A stretch of 64,000 bases of DNA from an uncultured bacterium (GTDB lineage Bacteria > Hinthialibacterota > Hinthialibacteria > Hinthialibacterales > Hinthialibacteraceae), in contig CAZKYC010000006.1 in the NCBI GenBank assembly GCA_964556895.1, forward strand, positions 25,099 to 89,098, written 5' to 3'. Position numbers and translations under genes: made by a program. A model generated the notes under the pieces. It had not been told where the DNA came from. It saw only the letters and a program-made list of their open reading frames with translations, and did not search any database. Positions 56,473-64,000 of the stretch are shown here, in pieces (position 1 is the first letter of the stretch; every line of letters starts with the position of its first letter).

Positions 56473-57444
56473 ATGAACCGATTTGTGTTTTTGTTGATTG
56501 CAATTCTTGTACTGGCCCTAGCCCCACAGGCGCAACACATCGTTGATAAACAACAGGTCATACAAAATTATTCGAACCACGTTCAGCTGGCCAATACTCT
56601 TCAAGCGCGGGTGAAATTTCAATTTCACCGCTTTCTAAAAAATTCCATCACTGACGACCTCAAACCTGAATTGGAGCGTATTTACTCACTGCCAATTGAA
56701 GACAAAGTCTACCAACAGTTTCCCTTGTTTTTTAACAGCGTCTTTATGATGAAGTGGGACACCGTGTTAGACGGCGTCAAAATGACAGGCACGCAAACCG
56801 TGCAAAATTCGTATATGGAACTGCGCGGCGTTGACCCACGCTTTGACATGTCGGCGGATTTCATTCGCCGCCTGGAGAGCAGCCCCGCCATGCCGCTGGA
56901 ATACCGCTTCACGGTAGAACGCGCTGGTTCAGACATTCAATCCAACATGCTTCACCTGTTTATTCCAAATGAATTTATTGATTTCTTCTATCTGCCGAAT
57001 TATTGGTACCCGTCACCGAGATTTTTAGGGTTCCCAAAATCGCTTGATCAAGTCGAGGCGCGATCAAGCACGCTCGACCCTTACATCGTGTTTTTATTTA
57101 CCCCAACCGCCCTCAGCCCCAAGTTAATGGACTTTCTCCGGGGGGCCATCTTGAGGCCTGAGATCACTGAGAATGACGTCTATGTGATGCTTTCGATTGA
57201 TTCCAACCATTGGGCCTGCCGCAAAGTCGAGATCGGCGTCAAACGAGCCGAACCGCTTCACAAATGGGACGTTGATAAGATCATCATCATTGACCATCAA
57301 ATTTCATCGGCGACGCCATCGGGGCTGCCGTACCCCGGTACAAGCAACATGTGGGTCAATACATTTGTTCAGCATGGCGCTGAAACCGTCAGCAAGAATC
57401 TGTTTTTCTCTGAGTTGAGTGTTCAAAGCCTCGAAACGTTTTAG
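56473..57444 (+). CDS. Hypothetical secreted protein
   Basis: Signal peptide MNRFVFLLIAILVLALAPQAQ (start at M7 of the ORF); AT-rich; no family recognised. Confidence 0.55.
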   Translation: MNRFVFLLIAILVLALAPQAQHIVDKQQVIQNYSNHVQLANTLQARVKFQFHRFLKNSITDDLKPELERIYSLPIEDKVYQQFPLFFNSVFMMKWDTVLDGVKMTGTQTVQNSYMELRGVDPRFDMSADFIRRLESSPAMPLEYRFTVERAGSDIQSNMLHLFIPNEFIDFFYLPNYWYPSPRFLGFPKSLDQVEARSSTLDPYIVFLFTPTALSPKLMDFLRGAILRPEITENDVYVMLSIDSNHWACRKVEIGVKRAEPLHKWDVDKIIIIDHQISSATPSGLPYPGTSNMWVNTFVQHGAETVSKNLFFSELSVQSLETF

Positions 57445-57447
57445 CGT

Positions 57448-58836
57448 TTATGCGGGCTCGACGCTTCCGGCGTCTTCAGGATGATAGACAACGTGAATTG
57501 ACTTCCACTTTCCACGCCAAAACCGCAATACAGTAAGTGCGCTCTGGACCGCAGGCGCCGCTCCCCAAGCGACCCAGGCGCCGTAGACATCCCACGGGCT
57601 GTAAGCAACAAGACACCACGCCGCTGGGGCCATCAACATCCACTGAGCGAATACGGTGTACCGCATCGAAGGGCGCGTGTCTCCCGCTCCCGCCAGCGCG
57701 CCGCCCGCGACAATTGAAACGCAATTACAGAACTGCTCGCAGGCGATACAGACCAGAGTGATTCTTGCCAGCGCCAACACGTTTTCATCACTGGTAAACA
57801 ATGAAACAATCGTCTGCGACCAAATGATGAGAACAACGCTTGTCATTGCCATTACCATCGAGACGAATTGAATGGCCGTCCAGCCATACGCCTCGGCTTT
57901 TTCGATGTTTTGGGCGCCGATGCTTTGCCCAACCAGCGCGGCGGCGCCGACCTGAAACGCCAGGGCGGGCATAATTGACAACATGCGAATCTGAAAGCCA
58001 ATCGCCGCCGCCGCGACGGCGGTCGTCCCGGCGACGGTCGAGGCGATGATGCCGATAAACAACACACGCGCGCCGTTGCGAAAGAACCCTGACACGCCAG
58101 ACGGCACGCCAACGTTAAAAATTTGGCGCAGGATGGAAAAATCTATAAACGGCGAGACTTTCAGGTGGACTGGACGGCTGGGCTTCATCAACAATCTTAT
58201 CGCCAATATACCGCCAATCGCTCTAGCGAGCAGCGTCCCTATGGCGATGCCGGATACACCAAACGCGGGAATGATAGGCGGCAATCCAAATAAGAAAATA
58301 TAGTTAAAGCCAACATTTAAGACATTGACCAGTAATGCAATTTTGAGTGGGGTTTTGGTGTCTCCCATCGCGCGAAAGACGGCGTTGGTCGAGAAGTTTA
58401 TCATCAGAAACACAACGCCGCCAAGCAGCAGCCTTAAATACGGCTCGCCGTGATACAACACATCCGGCTCTGCGCCCAAGGCCAAGAGAAAGATACGTGC
58501 GGTCAATGCGCCAATCACGCCAAGGCCGATGCCCGCGACAATTGACACAAGAAGAGAATGCCAAGCGACTGATGAAGCGACGTCATATCGCTTCGCCCCA
58601 AAATTTTGTGAGACCAGGGTGATTGTGCCTGTGGTCACCGCGATGGTGCCGATCATCAGTACGAGAAATATCTGACGGGAGAAACCGAGCGCCGCAACAG
58701 CGGAATGGCCCAGAAAGCCAGAAAAATAAATATCAACCAGCCCAACCGCGGTTTCTAATAACGAATAAACCACAGTCGGCCATGAGATTTTGAGTAAATC
58801 CCTCAATAATTGCGGATCAAACCAACGATTTAACAT
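57448..58836 (-). CDS. MATE family efflux transporter
   Basis: 462 aa, 12 helices, N-terminal ..ISWPTVVYSLLETAVGLVDIYFSG.. typical of NorM/DinF-type MATE proteins. Confidence 0.85.
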   Translation of the reverse strand: MLNRWFDPQLLRDLLKISWPTVVYSLLETAVGLVDIYFSGFLGHSAVAALGFSRQIFLVLMIGTIAVTTGTITLVSQNFGAKRYDVASSVAWHSLLVSIVAGIGLGVIGALTARIFLLALGAEPDVLYHGEPYLRLLLGGVVFLMINFSTNAVFRAMGDTKTPLKIALLVNVLNVGFNYIFLFGLPPIIPAFGVSGIAIGTLLARAIGGILAIRLLMKPSRPVHLKVSPFIDFSILRQIFNVGVPSGVSGFFRNGARVLFIGIIASTVAGTTAVAAAAIGFQIRMLSIMPALAFQVGAAALVGQSIGAQNIEKAEAYGWTAIQFVSMVMAMTSVVLIIWSQTIVSLFTSDENVLALARITLVCIACEQFCNCVSIVAGGALAGAGDTRPSMRYTVFAQWMLMAPAAWCLVAYSPWDVYGAWVAWGAAPAVQSALTVLRFWRGKWKSIHVVYHPEDAGSVEPA

Positions 58837-58919
58837 ACATTCAAGCCAACTGGCTGCAACGGCTTCAGGTTGTGTTCTATCAACCTAAGCGCTTTCAATG
58901 CAGAACGGAAGGGATTGAA

Positions 58920-59135
58920 TTATCTAGGCGGCGGATAATAGTAACCGCGCAGGTCATAAAGCGTTGGTTTTTTATCTGGTTCTGATTGGGATTGCTGAGT
59001 CTCAGTCACTGGTGTAGTAGGGGTTGGCTGGTTTTCGACGCTGGCGCAACTCGAAAGCGCCACAATTATGACGAAGACGGTTACTGGCGCAGGCCGTCTT
59101 CGTTTTGGATTGATTGATGACCAAAAACCCGTCAT
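58920..59135 (-). CDS. Candidate small lipoprotein (71 aa)
   Basis: Internal start M62 of the ORF; VFVIIVALSSCAS lipobox; Thr/Pro/Gln-rich tail. Confidence 0.35.
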   Translation of the reverse strand: MTGFWSSINPKRRRPAPVTVFVIIVALSSCASVENQPTPTTPVTETQQSQSEPDKKPTLYDLRGYYYPPPR

Positions 59136-59169
59136 AGTACCACTATATTTTTCAAGAAAAAGTGAACCC

Positions 59170-59661
59170 ATGCGTAGAATACTCGTTTCCATATTTCTTA
59201 TCTTTCCGCTCATTCTATCAGCTTTTGACAGCGACGCCGCGTTTGTCAAAACCAAGTATGGCGCCATCGAAGGCAATGTGGTGGTCAGGCAATTTGAAGA
59301 CCTGGTGGTTACCATCAAAACTCGCGACCAGCGGCTCTTTCAATTCTACGGCGCAGACGTGGTCTCCGTTACCGCATCAACCAAAATTTTAGCGGGCACG
59401 GCCGTGTTTTTACGCGAAGAACCATCAGAAAGCGCCTTGCCGACCGTCGAACTGGCGACGGGGTGCCAAGTTGATTTCGCTGAAGACGCGCCGCAGGGCG
59501 ACTGGGTCAAAGTCAAAATCTGGGGCGCTAACCAGGGGTGGATTCAACACAACATACTAACCGACACGGTTCTGTTTAGATCGAAAACGACTAATTCTCG
59601 CTCAGACCATCACCCTGCTGACGTACATTCTGAGCCGCCGCCCGGCTCGAAAGAGCAATAA
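59170..59661 (+). CDS. Secreted protein with bacterial SH3-like domain
   Basis: Signal peptide MRRILVSIFLIFPLILSAFD; ..FLREEPSESALPTVELATGCQVDFAEDAPQGDWVKVKIWGANQGWI.. SH3b-like pattern. Confidence 0.5.
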   Translation: MRRILVSIFLIFPLILSAFDSDAAFVKTKYGAIEGNVVVRQFEDLVVTIKTRDQRLFQFYGADVVSVTASTKILAGTAVFLREEPSESALPTVELATGCQVDFAEDAPQGDWVKVKIWGANQGWIQHNILTDTVLFRSKTTNSRSDHHPADVHSEPPPGSKEQ

Positions 59662-59703
59662 ACGATTCAACTAGAACCAACATATTTGAGGAGGAACGGA
59701 TCA

Positions 59704-60720
59704 ATGCAATATCGACGATTTGGACGCATGGGTTGGGACATCGCTGAAATAGGCTTCGGGGCGTGGGCCATCGGCGGCATGTGGGGCGACCAGGATGACA
59801 ATGAATCACTGGCCGCACTGCACAAATATATAGAACTTGGCGGCAACTTTATCGACACCGCCCAAGCCTATGGTGAAGGCCGCAGTGAGACTCTGGTGGC
59901 CAAAGCCATCAAAAAACACGGCGACCGAATCTATGTCGCAACGAAACTGCCGCCGAAGAACGGCATTTGGAACCCGCCAGCAGGCATGCCGTGGAACCAA
60001 GCCTTTCCCGCTGACTATATTACCAAGGGCGTTGAGTTCAGCCTGAAAACCCTTGATACCGATTGCATAGATATTTACCAGTTGCATACCTGGTGTGAAA
60101 CTTGGAACGGAGTGGACGAAATCTACTCCGCCGCCGAAAAATTGAAACAAGACGGAAAGATCCGCGCCTTTGGCATCTCAACTACGGAAAGCTTCCCCGA
60201 ACAGGTCATCCCGGCGCTGCAGTCTGGCGTGGTCGACAGTCTGCAAGTAATCTTCAATTTATTTGAACAACATCCGGCCTATTCGCTGTTTCCCCATTGC
60301 AAGGAAAACGATGTCTTCGTCATTGTGCGCGTGCCGTTTGACGAAGCGTCATTGACGGGCAAATTCACGGGCGATGAAACCTTCGCGCAAGATGATTTTC
60401 GTACGCGCTACTTCCGCGGCGACAATCTCAAAGCGACTGTTCAGCGGGTAGACCAAATCAAAGAGTGGGCGAAAACCAACACGCCGGACATGTCGATGGC
60501 TGAACTGGCGTTGCGCTATACTTTGAGTTATGACCAAACAGGATCGGTGATTCCAGGCATTCGCAACCCCCGCCACGCGGAGCTCAACACAGCGCCGTCT
60601 GACGGCAAGCGGCTTTCGAGCGCCCAATTAAAAGGCCTGATGAAATTCGCCTGGCGGCGCAACCCTTGGGTTGAAGACCTGTTAACGTTAGACAAAATAC
60701 ATACAGGCGGGATTCAGTAG
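59704..60720 (+). CDS. Aldo/keto reductase
   Basis: GAGGAGG SD; MQYRRFGRMGWDIAEIGFGAW, GGNFIDTAQAYGEGRSE, IRAFGIS motifs. Confidence 0.85.
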   Translation: MQYRRFGRMGWDIAEIGFGAWAIGGMWGDQDDNESLAALHKYIELGGNFIDTAQAYGEGRSETLVAKAIKKHGDRIYVATKLPPKNGIWNPPAGMPWNQAFPADYITKGVEFSLKTLDTDCIDIYQLHTWCETWNGVDEIYSAAEKLKQDGKIRAFGISTTESFPEQVIPALQSGVVDSLQVIFNLFEQHPAYSLFPHCKENDVFVIVRVPFDEASLTGKFTGDETFAQDDFRTRYFRGDNLKATVQRVDQIKEWAKTNTPDMSMAELALRYTLSYDQTGSVIPGIRNPRHAELNTAPSDGKRLSSAQLKGLMKFAWRRNPWVEDLLTLDKIHTGGIQ

Positions 60721-60799
60721 AATTTAAAAATGATACACTCGCCCATTCCCCGATGACGATTGCCAAAGAGGGTGGGCGCTTAGAGAGTTTACGATTTAA

Positions 60800-61027
60800 T
60801 TATGCGACAGCGTGAGGCAATGTGATATCTGCGCCGCGTATGTTTACAACCGCATCGCCAACATGAATGGTTAAAACGACTCCACCCGGCGAGCCTTTGT
60901 AATCTTGTACGAGTTGCGCTTCGGAGATGACGCGGATTGACTCGATTTTACCACGCTGCCCGTTCAACGAGTCAATTAAGACTTCGTCTCCAACATGCAA
61001 CTCGGCTTCAACAGATGCTTCGAACAT
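60800..61027 (-). CDS. Hypothetical small protein (75 aa)
   Basis: GGGAGGCATAG just upstream of the ATG; beta-rich sequence, no family recognised. Confidence 0.45.
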   Translation of the reverse strand: MFEASVEAELHVGDEVLIDSLNGQRGKIESIRVISEAQLVQDYKGSPGGVVLTIHVGDAVVNIRGADITLPHAVA

Positions 61028-61268
61028 AAACTATGCCTCCCAGTGATGGTATGAGTGTTTCGATCGCCGTTTGGCGAATTGTGGTTGGAGAAATACTGTT
61101 GTTTTAATGCAAACAACATGGCTTTAGCCGCCGACTGAAGGAAAAGTAACTAACTATAATCATACAAGAAGGTTATTTATAGTCAATCCATTTTGATGTA
61201 AATCTCATTTTTATTTTAATCATTTCTATAGGTCTTCAAACCGACAAATGCGAATCGCAGGGTATTTG

Positions 61269-62498
61269 ATGAAATTGTCTCGAAGATTTCGTATGTTTCT
61301 CATCTTTTTCGCCCCGATACTCATTGTATTGGCAGTTTCGGCATACCTGCAAAACAGCCGGACGGCGTATATGAACCACTTGGCAACCCAGGGCGTATTA
61401 GCCATTTATAGTGGAGGAACGATTGAAGAAAGCGACATTCGATGGTATATCCATAATCCACCGAAAGGGGAAAGCCCGATTTTACGCGCACTTGAATTGA
61501 CGCCAGAAGATGTTGAAGGCCTCGATCAAGAACAAGCCGACTGGCTAGAACAAGACCTCGCCCAGGCGCTGTTAAAACGGATTATTCAACACATTGCTAT
61601 CATAAAGACAGTCACTGAATCGAAAGGCAACCATTTAATTGAAAGTGTATCGGCGGCAGTCTGGCACTATAAAGAAGAGCAGTTGAAAGAAATGATGGAA
61701 GCTGAATTAGACAGCATCACACCGTCCATCACGCGCCAGGAGATGTTGACCTACTACGTTCACAATCCACAAGAATTCTATAAACCCGGCGACCGCCTTG
61801 CCCGCCATATCATGCTCAACAGCCAGTCATCTGAAGCCGAAATCAGCCCGGCCACCCTCATGCACCGCCTTGAAGCAGGAGAAGATTTTCTCTCTCTGGT
61901 GCGCTATTCAGAATCAGAAACGGCGAATTCTGACGGGTATATAGGCTGGCTGGAAAAGGGAGCGGTCTCAAAACCGTTTGAAACCGCATTGTGGGCGCTG
62001 GAGGTTCAAGAAGTGACAGGCCCAATTCAAGTCGGCGACACATGGCATTTCATTCAGCTTATTGATAAACATGAACAAGGGTTGGTTCCATTCGAAGAAT
62101 GCCAGGCGCAAATTCAAGTGCGTCTAATTGAGGAAAAAAGCCTTCAACACCGCTTCAAACTACTCGGGATCGACGCCAGCGATAACCCAAGCAGAGACGA
62201 AACCTACTCAGAAGCGCTCTTGAAAGCCGCCTATGAGAAGGGCTTTGACAAAGACCCTAATCTTGCGCAGAAACTGAAAGCCTTCGAACAATACAATACG
62301 GCTGACGCGTTGTTTACTCAACAGGTTGAAAAACGAAAAAAACGCTACCGGAACGAAGATGAGTCGGCCTGGTATCACGAAAGCGAAACCGCCAAAGACT
62401 TGTTAAACCAAATGGGCTTTCAATTGGTTGTCATCTTGGCGCCAGCCAATACGGCGGATTCTCGACCGCCAATCAATTCACTTGAGCAAAATGATTGA
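61269..62498 (+). CDS. Membrane-anchored parvulin-type peptidyl-prolyl isomerase (SurA/PpiD-like)
   Basis: N-terminal anchor MKLSRRFRMFLIFFAPILIVLAV; PpiC block ARHIML..GYIGWLEKGAVSKPFETALWALEVQEVTGPIQVGDTWHFIQL. Confidence 0.7.
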   Translation: MKLSRRFRMFLIFFAPILIVLAVSAYLQNSRTAYMNHLATQGVLAIYSGGTIEESDIRWYIHNPPKGESPILRALELTPEDVEGLDQEQADWLEQDLAQALLKRIIQHIAIIKTVTESKGNHLIESVSAAVWHYKEEQLKEMMEAELDSITPSITRQEMLTYYVHNPQEFYKPGDRLARHIMLNSQSSEAEISPATLMHRLEAGEDFLSLVRYSESETANSDGYIGWLEKGAVSKPFETALWALEVQEVTGPIQVGDTWHFIQLIDKHEQGLVPFEECQAQIQVRLIEEKSLQHRFKLLGIDASDNPSRDETYSEALLKAAYEKGFDKDPNLAQKLKAFEQYNTADALFTQQVEKRKKRYRNEDESAWYHESETAKDLLNQMGFQLVVILAPANTADSRPPINSLEQND

Positions 62499-63255
62499 CA
62501 GGCCCTCTGCCCTTGCCTATCTTTGGATTGCTTCGTATCGCCAAATCAATAAACGCGCGCGCATTTGAGACTGCGTCACCCACCCCAAGGCCTTTGGCGA
62601 TGTTCGCGGTAATCGCCGCACTGAATACACATCCACTGCCATGAGTGTTTTGGGTGTCGATATAATCAACTAGAAATTTCTCTTCTCTCTCATCAGAAAC
62701 CAACAGGTCAAACCCAAACTCACGATGAGCGCCCGCTTTGATTATGACTGCCTTCGCGCCCATGTCTAAAATGGCTTTCGCTGCATCAGAGAAGGCTGGT
62801 CTGCTTGAAATATCCATTCCAGTCAACACGCTCGCTTCAAACAGATTTGGCGTTAACAAAAAGGTTTTGGGGATCAAATGGCTTTTGAGTTTCTCAATGG
62901 CCTCCGCTTGAATTAGCGTATGCCCATGTTTGCTGACCATTACTGGGTCAACAATGACTGGGCAATTGATATCAGACAAGCAGCCTGAGACGGCTTCAAT
63001 CATGGCGGCCGCGCCCAACGCGCCAGTCTTAATCGCCGCCGGGGGGATGTCGTTTATCAAGGAGTTGAATTGTTGAATGGCGAATTCGGGCTCGACCAAT
63101 TCGACAGCGTCAACCGATTGAGTGTTTTGAACGGTCAACAGCGTGACAACGCTCATGCCATACACGCCATGCTGGTGAAACGTTTTCAAATCTGCTTGAA
63201 GGCCTGCCCCGCCAGATGGGTCTGAACCTGCAACCGTCATTGCAACTGCGCCCAT
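62473..63255 (-). CDS. thiD: Hydroxymethylpyrimidine/phosphomethylpyrimidine kinase
   Basis: MTVAGSDPSGGAGLQADLKTF, VVDPVMVSKHG, THGSGCVFSAAI motifs; start at M24 of the ORF. Confidence 0.9.
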   Translation of the reverse strand: MGAVAMTVAGSDPSGGAGLQADLKTFHQHGVYGMSVVTLLTVQNTQSVDAVELVEPEFAIQQFNSLINDIPPAAIKTGALGAAAMIEAVSGCLSDINCPVIVDPVMVSKHGHTLIQAEAIEKLKSHLIPKTFLLTPNLFEASVLTGMDISSRPAFSDAAKAILDMGAKAVIIKAGAHREFGFDLLVSDEREEKFLVDYIDTQNTHGSGCVFSAAITANIAKGLGVGDAVSNARAFIDLAIRSNPKIGKGRGPVNHFAQVN

Positions 63256-63517
63256 TCTTTTCCTTCCCACAGGGTCATTTTGAAAGATTGAATCACGCCC
63301 AAAACTGAACGAAAAGAGCCGCAATACTCCCTAGAGTTATTGCATTAAAGTTTGGCGTATGGTTGATTCTACAGTAGAAATGTATAACGCAGATAATGAA
63401 CAGGTATAATAGACATAGAGAAAGTATAAAATATTAATAAACTATGCTATTGTTAGGTAATGATTAAGTCTCATATACTCCACTGTCAAATCCACATGAG
63501 GCTTAGGAGATAAGACG

Positions 63518-64000
63518 ATGTCAGTTCAGCTGGACGCCATCGGCCAGTCGCTAAAAGCGACGCCAGACCAACATCTGGAGTTTCTCGCCAAGCGGGAACT
63601 TATTGAAGAGATTTTGCGCCTGCGCGACGAAAAGAACGCCTTGATCCTGGGCCACAACTACATGGAGCCATTGGTTTATCAACTGTCTGGCGCCAACGAA
63701 CGCGGCGACTCGCTTGCGTTAAGCCGACGCGCGGCGAAGGCCGAAAACCCCATCATATTGTTTGACGGCGTTCGCTTTATGGCTGAGACCGCAAAAATTC
63801 TTAGCCCTGACAAAAAAGTGTTAATCGCCGATATGGAAGCGGGATGCAGCCTGGCTGACCCGTTCGGGCCTGATGAAGTATTAGCGTTCAAACAACGCTA
63901 CCCGGGCGCACCCGTAGTGACGTATATTAACAGTTATGCTGAGATTAAGGCGGTTTCGGATTATTGCTGCACTTCGTCGAATTGTGTAAAAGTCGTTGTT
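63518..64000 (+). CDS. nadA: Quinolinate synthase, 5' part (runs off window)
   Basis: AGGAGA SD, ATG at 63518; ..NALILGHNYMEP..VRFMAETAKILSP..AGCSLAD..YINSYAEIKA..CCTSSN.. ; not in the ORF track because no stop is reached. Confidence 0.85.
   Translation, partial: MSVQLDAIGQSLKATPDQHLEFLAKRELIEEILRLRDEKNALILGHNYMEPLVYQLSGANERGDSLALSRRAAKAENPIILFDGVRFMAETAKILSPDKKVLIADMEAGCSLADPFGPDEVLAFKQRYPGAPVVTYINSYAEIKAVSDYCCTSSNCVKVVV

Noticed and set aside
63256-63400. TPP (THI-box) riboswitch in the thiD leader
   Set aside because: The minus-strand leader has CTAGGGAGT and GTGGGAAGG, which vaguely recall THI-box ends. The highly conserved CTGAGA and ACCTGAT elements are absent.
1-64000. CRISPR arrays, cas genes, prophage, transposase/integrase genes, toxin-antitoxin pairs and known defence systems
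   Set aside because: I saw no regularly spaced direct repeats and no recognisable recombinase, phage structural or defence-system domain in any translated ORF. The AT-rich orphan genes are single and lack flanking repeats or tRNA targets.

Overview
Densely coding chromosomal segment of an environmental Gram-negative (diderm) bacterium, with about 60 protein genes. I found no rRNA, tRNA, CRISPR array, transposase or integrase. The gene content (Tat-signal Gfo/Idh/MocA oxidoreductases, an FGE-sulfatase family protein, LTD-CotH, a fused MFS/spermidine-synthase/TPR protein, small GC-rich REP-like palindromes) resembles PVC-type genomes. Lineage cannot be assigned from the sequence alone. The main blocks are listed below.

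- **Housekeeping and metabolic genes:** mannose-1-P guanylyltransferase, aminotransferase plus omega-amidase, GH5, csp, pgi, ferritin, thiD, nadA.
- **Mn/Zn/Fe-type ABC uptake operon (12.8-18.2 kb, minus strand):** it is headed by a DtxR/MntR regulator, and both permeases carry a C-terminal DtxR-like domain. An orphan M56 (BlaR1-like) protease lies just upstream.
- **RuBisCO-like protein fused to a cupin domain (25.7-27.3 kb).**
- **CbiQ/CbiO ECF module without CbiM/N:** it is preceded by a secreted His-rich single-pass protein. A GC-rich, apparently structured element of unknown class lies nearby (32.0-32.3 kb).
- **Permease / micro-membrane protein / L-rhamnose-isomerase-like operon.**
- **Large PAS-rich hybrid histidine kinase.**
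- **Seven-gene chemosensory operon (44.1-53.3 kb):** it has the exact Wsp gene order, but the output is a receiver-PP2C phosphatase.
- **Translationally coupled operon (53.6-56.2 kb):** a Memo/AMMECR1 fusion, an unknown 146-aa protein and a NeuD-type acyltransferase.

Several visibly AT-rich orphan genes have no recognisable family (12.3-13.1 kb, 27.7-28.8 kb, 40.8-42.4 kb, 56.5-57.4 kb). All functional calls rest on motif recognition by eye in the supplied translations. None has been checked against a database.
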